A stretch of DNA of 64,000 nt from an uncultured Rivularia sp. (GTDB lineage Bacteria; Cyanobacteriota; Cyanobacteriia; Cyanobacteriales; Nostocaceae), in NCBI GenBank assembly GCA_963665115.1, contig OY762007.1:5056001-5120000 (forward strand). The letters run 5' to 3'. Below, piece by piece: positions 41,774 to 51,837 of this stretch (its first letter is position 1; each line of letters begins with the position of its first letter). A program made the position numbers and the translations under genes. The notes beneath the pieces were generated by a model that made no database searches, had not been told where the DNA came from, and was given only the letters and a program-made list of their open reading frames with translations.

Positions 41774-43216
41774 CTACGTACAAAATGCGCTATTGAAAAC
41801 ACGACATTTTTCTAAGAATCTTTGCGGAATTTCTACACTATTTCCCCAATGCATATGAATATAAGAAGCGTGAAGATTTGGCGGTGAAACCCACCCTTCT
41901 TTCCCCATGAATTCATCGCAATCGTATCTATATGTTTGAAATAAAGGTTTATTAGAATCCGATATTATACGTGAGCGATGAAATTCATGTCCGTAAACTG
42001 TTTTTCCTGCATCTACTAATAAACTATTTTGTAAAGTCACAGCGCGACGATAACCCAAAGTTAAACGCTTATCCATCACTGCTGTTGTTGGTAAAACTCC
42101 TACCATTTCCCAAGATTTACCGCTCATATCTACTAATTGCTCGGATAAATACATCAAACCACCACATTCAGCTATTGTCGGCATTCCCGATAAAATAGCT
42201 GCTTTGACACAATTACGTGCTAAGGTATTTTCTGCTAATTTTTGCGCGAAAACTTCTGGAAAACCTCCCCCAAAATACATTCCCCCGATATCTTCGGGTA
42301 ATTCAGTGTCTTCCAAAGGACTCCAAAAAACTAATTCTGCACCCAAATTTTGTAATATATCTAAATTGTCTTGGTAGTAGAAATTGAAAGCTTTGTCGTA
42401 GGCGACAGCTATTTTTGGAGAGGGGGTAGAGGGGGGAGAGGGGGTAGAGGGGGTAGAAATTTCTATCTTGTCTCCTTTTAATAAAAGCGGTAATAATTTT
42501 TCCCAGTCAAAGCAAGTTTCGCCGAGATTTACTAGTTTATCTATTACTTCATTTAATTCGGGAAGCTCTGCTGTTGGTACTAAACCTAAATGGCGATCGC
42601 GAATTTTTATATCATCTTGCCGCCTCATTACACCTAAGATGGGGATTTGCAAAGGTTCTAGGGCTTTTTTGAGCAGAGATAAATGGCGATCGCTCCCGAC
42701 GCGGTTTAATATTACTCCGGCAATTTCAATGTCTTCATCGAAGGAGCGATAACCGTGAACAATTGCTGCAACGGAACCAGATAAGCGACTGCAATCAACA
42801 ACTAATAAGACGGGTAATTTTAATAATTTAGCAATATGAGCCGTACTTGCAAAATTATTATTTTCTTCTTTTACTAAATCCGGGGTTTCTTTCTTCTCAA
42901 CCCCTCTCTTTATTAAGGGCAGGGGTGAGCTTGAAACACCATCAAATAAACCCATTACTCCTTCAATTAAAGTATATTCACATAAATTTGAGTATTTATA
43001 AAAGCATTTTTTGACATAAGTTTCTGAAGTTAAAACTGGGTCTAAATTACGACAAGCACGACCTGTAACATACTTGTGAAACATTGGATCTATATAATCT
43101 GGCCCTACTTTAAAAGACTGCACCTGCAAACCACGACGGGATAAACACGACAAAAGGGTAAGCGTAACCGTAGTTTTGCCTACCCCGCTGCGTTCCCCTG
43201 CAATAATCAAAGACAT
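41774..43216 (-). CDS. cobB: Cobyrinate a,c-diamide synthase (CobB/CbiA)
   Basis: SGVGKTT, FKVGPDYIDP, IEGVMGLFDG, RHLGLV, AECGGLMYL, GHEFH. Confidence 0.95.
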   Translation of the reverse strand: MSLIIAGERSGVGKTTVTLTLLSCLSRRGLQVQSFKVGPDYIDPMFHKYVTGRACRNLDPVLTSETYVKKCFYKYSNLCEYTLIEGVMGLFDGVSSSPLPLIKRGVEKKETPDLVKEENNNFASTAHIAKLLKLPVLLVVDCSRLSGSVAAIVHGYRSFDEDIEIAGVILNRVGSDRHLSLLKKALEPLQIPILGVMRRQDDIKIRDRHLGLVPTAELPELNEVIDKLVNLGETCFDWEKLLPLLLKGDKIEISTPSTPSPPSTPSPKIAVAYDKAFNFYYQDNLDILQNLGAELVFWSPLEDTELPEDIGGMYFGGGFPEVFAQKLAENTLARNCVKAAILSGMPTIAECGGLMYLSEQLVDMSGKSWEMVGVLPTTAVMDKRLTLGYRRAVTLQNSLLVDAGKTVYGHEFHRSRIISDSNKPLFQTYRYDCDEFMGKEGWVSPPNLHASYIHMHWGNSVEIPQRFLEKCRVFNSAFCT

Positions 43217-43555
43217 GAAGTATGAGTTAAGAATTAGGAGTTATGAATTATGAATTTTACAGGTATGCGTGTTTGTTATTCATTAATAATTATTTTTAAA
43301 GTTATTTCAAACAAAAAATAGATGGGTTGTAGAGACGTAGCAGTGCTACGTCTCCCGACGTTTCCGTAAAAACTAACCCGTTAAATTTAATGTTGACCAT
43401 TAGGACAATTACTTAAAACAACTATAATTATTAACACCAATTGACGAATTATCATTCCAAATCAAAATAAAGAAAGACGTTGCACTGCAACGTCTCTACA
43501 CAATTAATATGTATCACCATCAAGGTGAAATTTTGTAACCCTTAACAACTAACCA

Positions 43556-44937
43556 CTAACTTTTCTTTGCTAATTTAATCAATTGCACTGTAACTCCTAA
43601 ACTTTCTTCAAAAAGCGCTTCTTTACCCCAACGCTGTACTTGTTGAGAAAGCAAAACTTCGGCTTTTTGCTCGGAAAGTGAAGTTATTTGTTGAAATACG
43701 CCAGCAGATTGGGCACCACCGTGTGTTTCCATTCGCATACAGCCGCCGGTTTCGGAACAAATTAAGGTGCCGCAGTTTGCTTCTGGATTGGTGGAACTTA
43801 AACGTATGGCAATCAAATCGCCGGGAATATCGCCGACATCGGCTACTGGGGGACTCCTGCGATTTCGGTTTCTATTTCCCGTTGATCCGAAGCCATGAAC
43901 TTAAAACGTCTAATATTGTAATCGCCAAGTTCTTGTTCGTAGGAAACTGCACGCCATTTCAAGCGACTTGCTAACCAACCCAAAAATAGTAATGCTTGGG
44001 TAGGATTGCCTTTTTCGTGGTCGATATTTACTCTATCAACTTCAGTTAAAGCTTTGCGTCTGGCTGGTGCGTCGTAAGCTTCTGCTGTTAATTCTTGCCA
44101 TCCTCCTACACGTCGCCAGTTTAAATCTGCTAGCGGTATGCCATTTTCTATCAAAGATTGCAAACTGAGTAAATCGTTTTCTGGTTCGTTAAAGTTGCAA
44201 GAATCAACAATAACGTTATCGCATACGGTTGAAAGTCTCTTGAATAAAACGTTGTTTGGATCTGGTGTTGCTTTCCACCAAATAAACTTGGGTAAACCAC
44301 CTATTAATAATTCTGGAATCATGCCACCAATACGTTCTAAGGCTGTGGCAGTTCCGGTTAAAGTGATGTATTCGCAACAAACCAGCGAAGATGATGATTG
44401 TTTTTGAATCGGACAATAAGCTGATACTTGCGCCTTAACGCCTTCATCTTCACCAACGGTGGGTATCAAACTAATAATGCGACAGGGGTTACGCAAAGCG
44501 ATTTCGTCAGCAATTCTAGCGCTGGCTCCATCTGGGCTGTACTCGGAGGCACTAGCACCGTTGTTATCAGTAGTGTTACCACCACCATGAAGTTTTGCAA
44601 GTTCTTCCCGCAGTCTGGCTAAAACTTGCGGACTCGTTTTACCAGTTCGTTCCAAACCAAGGGCTTTTTGTGCATCTCTGAGCGCGGATACGGTTTGCGG
44701 CCCCAGAATACCATCAATTGGGCCGCTGTAAAATCCCAAAGCAGCCAACAAATACTGAGTTTGTTCTGGCTCGTAAACCACCAAAGTAAACGTAGTAGCT
44801 CGGGTAGCCGCAGGAAGCGCTCCATCTTCCCCGCCAATACCGTAACTTTGCCAAATTTTACTTAGTTCGGCTTCAATTTCGTTGAGCGAAATATCTTTGG
44901 GAGCCTGAAGTGAAAAAAGAGTGGGTGCTTGAGTCAT
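43556..44937 (-). CDS. opcA: G6PDH assembly protein OpcA (indel in G5 run at 43848-43852)
   Basis: ATRATTFTLVVYEP, VSAYCPI, CCEYITL, DLNWRR, CGTLICSETGGCMRM; directly downstream of zwf. Confidence 0.93.
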
Positions 44938-44971
44938 GACAATTAAAGGATTGTAAGTTGTAAGTAATTTT

Positions 44972-45204
44972 AAGTTAGGAGTTAGGAGTGAGGAGTTAGG
45001 AGTTGGGAATTAAGAGTTGGGAATTAAGAGTTAGGAATGAGGAGTTAGTAATGATAAAAGAATCAACCAGTAACAACGAACTCAACTATTCATATCTAAC
45101 TACTTTCATATTCAAAGCTCATAACTCGCAGCTTTTAGCTTTTAACTTAAAATTAAAACTCATAACTCATAACTCTTAACTCCTAACTCCTAACTCCTAA
45201 CTCT
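44972..45204. repeat. Inverted STRR heptamer arms (GAGTTAG)n...(CTAACTC)n between zwf and opcA
   Basis: Left array ~44972-45048 is the reverse complement of right array ~45157-45204. Confidence 0.85.
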
Positions 45205-46734
45205 CTATAGTCTGCGCCAACGGCGGCCGTCTCGGTTGATCAATAGTTCTGCTTCTACTGGTTCCCAGGTTCCGGCTTCGTATCGGGGAACTGTTGCTGG
45301 ATCTGCTGGTGCATCCCATGCGCTTAATATTGGTGTCACTACCTGCCAAGCAGCTTCTACTTCGTCACCTCTGGTGAACAAAGTTTGATCGCCCATCATA
45401 CAGTCAAGGAATAAACGGTCATATGCGTCGGATTTCGCTTGCAAACCAAAGGAACCATAAGTGAAGTCCATGTCTACTGCACGAGTACGGAAATCTCCTC
45501 CGGGCACTTTCACGTCAAAACGTAAAGAAATTCCTTCATTTGGCTGAATCCGCATTGTCAAAACATTGGCACTTTTCTGTTGTGCGGCAGATGTAAACAT
45601 CTGTGAAGGGACTTCGCGGAAGTGGATGGAAATCTCGCTGACTTTTTTGGGCATCCGCTTACCAGTACGCAGATAGAAAGGAACTCCTTTCCAGCGCCAG
45701 TTATCAACTACAAATTTTGTGGCAACAAAAGTAGGCGTTGTAGATTTTTCGTCAACTCCTGGTTCTTCGTGATACCCAGGTACGTGTTCGCCTTTCATCC
45801 ACCCAGCGCTGTACTGACCGCGTACTGCTGAATATGCTAAATCTTCTACATCGGCAAGTCTGGTAGCTTTTAAAACCTTCACTTTTTCCGTGCGGATACT
45901 ATCGGCATCCATTGCGTTAGGAGCTTCCATTGCAGTCAGACAGTAAAGTTGCATCAAGTGGTTTTGCAACATATCCCGCAATGCACCGGAACTTTCGTAA
46001 TAACCAGCCCGGTCTTCAACTCCTACTGTTTCTGCTACTGTTATTTGTACATGGTCTACAAAATGACGATTCCACAATGGTTCAAAAATAGCATTTGCGA
46101 AGCGGAATACTAATAAGTTTTGAACCGTTTCTTTACCTAAATAGTGGTCAATCCGATAGACCTGTTCTTCTTTACAATATTTCTGTACAACTTGATTGAG
46201 ATTTTTAGCTGATGCCAAATCTCGACCAAAAGGTTTTTCAATAACCAAACGATGTTTGTCGGGGTCTTCAAGCATTCCCCCAGCACCCAATTGTTTGATA
46301 GCTTCGGGGAAGAACTTGGGAGCAACGGAAAGGTAGAATAAACGATTACCTCTCGTATTCCGCTTCTCGTCTAATTCACTGAGAAGATCGTTAAGTTTTT
46401 GGTAGCTTTCGGGATTGTCAATATTACCCGAACAGTAAAAAAGACCGTTGACAAAATCGTTCCACAATTCCTCAGAACCAACACCGCCGTGAGCTTCTTC
46501 CATGCCCTTACGCATTTGTTCGCGGAAGTACTCGTGGCTCCAATCTCGTCGTGCCACACCAACAATAGTTGTTTCTGGTGGGATTCGTCTTTCTTGTCGT
46601 AATTTGTACAAAGCTGGTACTAATTTACGCCAAGTCAAATCTCCCGAAGCACCAAAAATAGTAATAATCTGGGGTTCAGCCATTCCTTGCTGTTGCAAGC
46701 CAACCCGCAGTGGATTTTCTAGCACACTAACCAT
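45205..46734 (-). CDS. zwf: Glucose-6-phosphate 1-dehydrogenase
   Basis: [35 protein letters not shown]. Confidence 0.98.
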   Translation of the reverse strand: MVSVLENPLRVGLQQQGMAEPQIITIFGASGDLTWRKLVPALYKLRQERRIPPETTIVGVARRDWSHEYFREQMRKGMEEAHGGVGSEELWNDFVNGLFYCSGNIDNPESYQKLNDLLSELDEKRNTRGNRLFYLSVAPKFFPEAIKQLGAGGMLEDPDKHRLVIEKPFGRDLASAKNLNQVVQKYCKEEQVYRIDHYLGKETVQNLLVFRFANAIFEPLWNRHFVDHVQITVAETVGVEDRAGYYESSGALRDMLQNHLMQLYCLTAMEAPNAMDADSIRTEKVKVLKATRLADVEDLAYSAVRGQYSAGWMKGEHVPGYHEEPGVDEKSTTPTFVATKFVVDNWRWKGVPFYLRTGKRMPKKVSEISIHFREVPSQMFTSAAQQKSANVLTMRIQPNEGISLRFDVKVPGGDFRTRAVDMDFTYGSFGLQAKSDAYDRLFLDCMMGDQTLFTRGDEVEAAWQVVTPILSAWDAPADPATVPRYEAGTWEPVEAELLINRDGRRWRRL

Positions 46735-46907
46735 AATTTAGATTTTGGATTTTAGATTTACATTTGCGGGGCATGAGGCATGGGGGATTGAGCATGGGGC
46801 ATAGGATTTTAGAGTTAGGAGTTATGAGTTAGGAGTTTGTTGTCTCCTTGTCTCCCCATCCTCAATGCCCAATTCCCAATGCCCAATTCCCTATTACCCA
46901 TTAATTA

Positions 46908-48059
46908 TTAAACAGGCGATAACTGCTTTACTTTGTCTTCTAAGGAACTTATTAAGGATTGGAAGGGTTTGATAAACTTATCAATACCTTCGGTAAGCAG
47001 TTCGTCCATGACTGTATCGAGGTCAATATTAATATCTGGATCTTTGAGACTTTCGATAACTTTGTATGCTTGTTCTACGTCGGTTTCGACTCTAGAATCT
47101 ACGTCGCAATGATCGGCGCAGGCTTCAATGGTTACTGGTGGTAGGGTGTTAACGGTTTCTTTACCGATTAACTCGTCAACGTACATAACATCGCTGTAGC
47201 TGGGATCTTTTGTGCTGGTACTTGCCCATAACAAACGCTGTACGTTAGCACCTTTTTCGGCTAAAGCTTGCCAGCGCTTGTCACTAACAATCTTTTTGTA
47301 CTCCTGATAAGCAATCTTCGCATTAGCGATCGCTACTTTTCCTTTGACGGATTTAAGTTTGGCTTCTAAGTTGATGTCGTCAACACCTTGAGCTAACTTT
47401 TCGTCTATTTTTCCATCGATTTTGGCATCAATGCGGCTGAGGAAGAAACTCGCTACAGAGGAAATCTTGCTAATATCTTTACCTTGAGCTACTCGTTTTT
47501 CTAAGCCGCGAATGTAAGCCCAAGCAGTGTTTACATAACTATCTACCGAGAACAACAAAGTAATATTCACATTCATCCCTTCAGATATTACTTGTTCTAC
47601 TGCTGGTAAACCGGCTTCTGTTCCAGGAATCTTAATCATTAAGTTTTCCCGTCCAACTTCTTTAAAGTAGCGTCTAGCTTCTTCAATTGTTTTTTGGGTG
47701 TCGTCGGCAATAGTTGGCGGTACTTCAATGCTTACATAACCATCCAATCCATCTGTAGCTTCGTATACTGGGCGCAAAATATCGCAAGCGTTGCGAATAT
47801 CTCCAAAAGCTAAAGATTCATAAATATCTTGGGTTGATAGTTTCTTGCCAATCCCGGCTTCTATATCTCGATCGTAAATCGCGTTTCCGGCAATGGCTTT
47901 TTCAAAAATGCTTGGATTCGAGGTAATCCCTTTGATACCTTGATTTTCCACCATATTTTTCAAGTCGCCAGACTGGATAATATCGCGGCTTAAATTATCC
48001 ATCCAAATACTTTGGCCGTATTTGTTGATTTCTAATAATTGATTTGTGGTGATGCCCAT
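46908..48059 (-). CDS. tal: Transaldolase
   Basis: GQSIWMDNLSR, ITSNPSIF, MIKIPGT, QRLLWASTSTK; probable start ATG 48059 with GGAG RBS. Confidence 0.96.
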   Translation of the reverse strand: MGITTNQLLEINKYGQSIWMDNLSRDIIQSGDLKNMVENQGIKGITSNPSIFEKAIAGNAIYDRDIEAGIGKKLSTQDIYESLAFGDIRNACDILRPVYEATDGLDGYVSIEVPPTIADDTQKTIEEARRYFKEVGRENLMIKIPGTEAGLPAVEQVISEGMNVNITLLFSVDSYVNTAWAYIRGLEKRVAQGKDISKISSVASFFLSRIDAKIDGKIDEKLAQGVDDINLEAKLKSVKGKVAIANAKIAYQEYKKIVSDKRWQALAEKGANVQRLLWASTSTKDPSYSDVMYVDELIGKETVNTLPPVTIEACADHCDVDSRVETDVEQAYKVIESLKDPDINIDLDTVMDELLTEGIDKFIKPFQSLISSLEDKVKQLSPV

Positions 48060-48335
48060 ATGGTTATATTCCACTCCGAAATTTATTAACGTGTCAATAT
48101 TTTCTATTAATGCTTGTAGTATTGCCGATTGATTCTCACTAAAGGAATAATTATCAGTTAACAATTATCAATTATCAGTGTCTGAGGGAGGCGAACGTTA
48201 GTTTTAATCCCTCAGCTTGAGGATGAAAAGCGTTGTAATCGCCCTCTCGTCCTAAAGTCGTGTAAATTATTCACTACTTACGCACGTTACTGCTAATTGT
48301 TCATTGATAATTGTTCACTGATAATTGTTCATTGT

Positions 48336-49385
48336 CTAATCGCCATTTTGAATAAAAGATTCCACCTTAGCTACATTCTCTTTACTACCAATGATTAAAG
48401 GAGTGCGCTGGTGTAGCTTTTCTGGTACAACGTCGAAGATATTCATCCTACCAGTAGTAGCGCGGCCACCTGCTTGTTCTATCACATAAGCTAAGGGGGC
48501 AGATTCGTACAGCAAGCGTAATTTTCCTTCCGGTTTTTGTACCGTACCGGGGTAGAGAAACACGCCACCTTGAACTAAAATTCGATGGATGTCGCTAACC
48601 ATTGCTCCACTGTAGCGAGCCGAATAACCTTCAGTTCGGTGAACGTAGCGAACGTATTCTCTAACTGATTCTTCCCACTGCCAAAAATTCCCTTCATTAA
48701 CGCTATATACAGAACCGCTATCGGGAATCTTAATGTTTTCTTCGGTAAGTATAAATTCACCTAAGCTGGGATCGAGAGTGAAGGAATGAACTCCTTTTCC
48801 CATAGTGTAGACCAGCATGGTACTCGGGCCGTAAAGTATATATCCGGCTCCAATTTGTTTGTCACCAGTGGAAAGCAAATCCTTGGCTTGTCCGTCGGTG
48901 TCTTCTCCTTCCTGTTGACGAATCGCGAAGATCGAACCCAAACTCAAGTTAGTATCTGTATTCGATGAACCATCAATTGGATCGTAAAGTAAAGTATATC
49001 TACCTATAGGGCAGTTTTCCGGAATATAGTATGGCTCATCCATTTCTTCAGAAGCCAAGCGACATACCAAACCGCTTTGCTTGAAAACTGAGATAAACAC
49101 ATCGTTAGCGTAAACATCCATCTTTTTGACGGATTCTCCCTGCACGTTAACATCTCCGGTAAAACCCAGAACCCCTTCCATTAAACCAGCACGGCTGAGG
49201 TGACGAGCAACCAGCTTACCCGCAAGAGCGACGCGATTCATCAGCGCACTTAAATCTTGTGCTTGCGCCGAAAAGCCTTGAAATTGCTGTAATACATGAC
49301 GCGATAAAGTCGTACAATCTCGATCTAAAGCTTTATCTGTAATCTCGTAGGCTGCTTTGTCCTGATGTTCTGCTGCTTTTGTCAT
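48336..49385 (-). CDS. fbp: Fructose-1,6-bisphosphatase class 1
   Basis: [33 protein letters not shown]. Confidence 0.97.
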   Translation of the reverse strand: MTKAAEHQDKAAYEITDKALDRDCTTLSRHVLQQFQGFSAQAQDLSALMNRVALAGKLVARHLSRAGLMEGVLGFTGDVNVQGESVKKMDVYANDVFISVFKQSGLVCRLASEEMDEPYYIPENCPIGRYTLLYDPIDGSSNTDTNLSLGSIFAIRQQEGEDTDGQAKDLLSTGDKQIGAGYILYGPSTMLVYTMGKGVHSFTLDPSLGEFILTEENIKIPDSGSVYSVNEGNFWQWEESVREYVRYVHRTEGYSARYSGAMVSDIHRILVQGGVFLYPGTVQKPEGKLRLLYESAPLAYVIEQAGGRATTGRMNIFDVVPEKLHQRTPLIIGSKENVAKVESFIQNGD

Positions 49386-50418
49386 AATAATCCTCTCGCT
49401 ATAAAAGGCTTTCTTATCTTAGAAGCCGTGAGTTAAATACAACTTGTGGTTGCTGCCTCTATATTAGAGAGGTATTTTAGTAACGCAAATGCGATTTTAG
49501 ATAAACCTTTATAAATAAATGTGTCTTAAATGGCATTTAAAAGCATTTTTAGGTATTGAGATGCGGCAACGAGAGCATTGTTACCTAACGATCCAGGAAT
49601 TATAAATAATTTATTAATTTATTCACGATTCAAATTTATATTTTATAAATCCTAATCGCGAACAAAAATGATTGCTATACTAACTTTAAGCAGACAAGCA
49701 AAAAGTTAATTTAGCTGCACAAATAAATTTTCTTAAAATAAAAATATTCCGTCAAATATGTGACAATTTACGGTTTTGCTATAGATTGACGAAAATAATG
49801 ATTGATTTTTTAAATCAAAGAATATTTTTGTAAAGACTCTTAAATATAAAAAAACCCGACTTTTAATGATATCGCGCTTAGTCGGTATCTTGTCGGGGTT
49901 GTTTCTACGAAGTATTTTCGGATTTAGAAATTATTGAGCGTTAATTGTAGCTGTTTATATAATGCTTAATTAGCAACAGCCACATTAAAAAACCCAACTC
50001 AGATTGATAAAATGCTGAGGGAGGCAAGTGATTAGTAATTTAAAATTATTTTAGAGCAGTACTCGACATCATTCCCGTTACAAGATTTTATCTAAAGAAA
50101 AAACGAATAATTAAAGTTTGATTCATTCTTTTTACTATTAGAACTATGTCGCTACGTGGATTAAATAGTTCTAACCACAGCATTAAATAAAAAATGATAA
50201 CGAGAGACAATCAATTTTAGATTTTGGATTTACGTTAGCGCAGCGTGTCCAAAGGAAATATTTAGATTATCCTCATTAATAAATTAAGGAGCTTGAAGAT
50301 TTAAATTTTTTGCCGAACTGAAACATTTTTGATTCAAACAGTTCATAATTTAATCCAAAATCCAAAATCTAAAATCCAAAATTTATTTGAAGTCCGCTTT
50401 AGTTTAGATGAAATTAAT

Positions 50419-50715
50419 TTATTGTTCTTGGAAATCAGGCTTTCTCACGAACTCACGACTGGGACGATTGTCTTCTTTTGGTTTAGCTTTGTTAACGCGA
50501 ATTTGACGACCCATCCATTCTGCTCCATCAAGCTCAGAAATGGCATTATCTTCTTGTGCTTCTTCGCTGAGATCAACAAAGGCAAAACCACGCATTCTTC
50601 CTGATTCGCGGTCGGTTGGTAAGACAACTCTGGTAACTTCACCGTAATCAGTGAATACTGCTCTCAAGTCTGCTTCAGTAGCGCGATAGGAAAGATTTCC
50701 AACGTAAATAGTCAT
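50419..50715 (-). CDS. RRM RNA-binding protein (Rbp family, no Gly-rich tail)
   Basis: RNP2 IYVGNL and RNP1 RGFAFV. Confidence 0.93.
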   Translation of the reverse strand: MTIYVGNLSYRATEADLRAVFTDYGEVTRVVLPTDRESGRMRGFAFVDLSEEAQEDNAISELDGAEWMGRQIRVNKAKPKEDNRPSREFVRKPDFQEQ

Positions 50716-51281
50716 ATGTGCTTAACGTTCGTTTCTAGGGACTAATAGCGAATCGTTCAGAAGGAAAAATTCAGACAATGCCGCTTTTTTTAAGCGGTCG
50801 AAAAGTCTGATATTCACAGTAAATTATTTGGTTAATAGCCAACTTAAATAGCAATATTAACTAAAAATAAACCATCTTCCTTGACTGAACTTACGAATAC
50901 GTTTTTATAGTACCTGATACCTTCGATTTTCAAGGTGTGATATATTACAAACTTTTATAAGTTAAAATCAGTGTAACTTATATATACTTATCTGAACTAA
51001 AGGAGAAATGTTAGATTATTTAAAATATGTAATATTTACTACTAAAAATACAGTATTTTCATAAAATTTAGCTCGAAAGCATACAATTTATCTTCAGCGG
51101 TGCCTACGCTATAGCAATTGCAGGAATTAGACAGGTTTATAATGTATCGGGGAGCAAGCTAATAAAGCTACTTTTCTACGAATTATACTGCTTTAAAAGC
51201 TATCTGTACCTACATTCAATAGCTGTTTTTTTGTCAATTATATTGCCTGATATCAGCAAGCGTGTTGGTGCTTAGAGAAGC

Positions 51282-51310
51282 AAAAGGTCTGCTGAAAATC
51301 AGCAGACCTT
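51282..51310 (-). terminator. Intrinsic terminator hairpin
   Basis: AAGGTCTGCTGA-AA-ATCAGCAGACCTT inverted repeat downstream of 51359..51577. Confidence 0.6.
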
Positions 51311-51358
51311 GTTTAATTTAACTATTTATTAATCAAACCTTTCTATTAACTATTCGTC

Positions 51359-51577
51359 TTAATCAATTGAAATAGTTTGAGGCCCATTACCATTGTTTGT
51401 ACCATTCGTAGAAGTAGGAAAATTAGTTATAGGTCTATTAGTTTGTTGTGCTAACCAGCTTTTTACGGGGTCATCAGCAAGGCTGAGTCTAAGAATACCA
51501 GAAACAAATCCGCCTGCAAATGAAGCTGGGTGCTGGGTGAATTCTTTAAATAATGGCAATAGTTCTTCGAGGAACAT
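51359..51577 (-). CDS. Small hypothetical protein
   Basis: GGAG RBS; MFLEEL...HPASFAGGFVSGILRLSLADDPVKSWL...GPQTISID; terminator downstream. Confidence 0.75.
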   Translation of the reverse strand: MFLEELLPLFKEFTQHPASFAGGFVSGILRLSLADDPVKSWLAQQTNRPITNFPTSTNGTNNGNGPQTISID

Positions 51578-51644
51578 TTTTTTATCTCCAATAGGTGAAA
51601 AAGGATGAAGGATGAAGAAAAAACATCATGTTTGTTTGAGATTC

Positions 51645-51775
51645 GGACGGGCAGGGATGCCCCGCAGTCGCTCATGGGGGAAACCACGCCACTTTGCATC
51701 TCCTTCGGAGACGCTTCGCTAACAACGGAGGGAACCTCCGCACGCAAGTGGCTCCCCAAGACCGCGCTGCTCTCC
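51645..51775. repeat. Nested short dispersed repeats (three levels)
   Basis: GCAGTCGCTCATGGGGGAAACC[ACGCCACTTTGC[ATCTCCTTCGGAGACGCTTCGCTAAC]AACGGAGGGAACCTCCGCACGCAAGTGGCTC]CCCAAGACCGCGCTGC. Confidence 0.7.
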
Positions 51776-51837
51776 ATTCCACAAGACTTTAATGATATAT
51801 TTCTGGCTTATTATTATTTATCCTTCATTCTTCAATG

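Noticed and set aside
50930..50990. NtcA/CRP boxes upstream of the rbp gene
   Set aside because: Half-site spacing does not match GTA-N8-TAC or TGTGA-N6-TCACA
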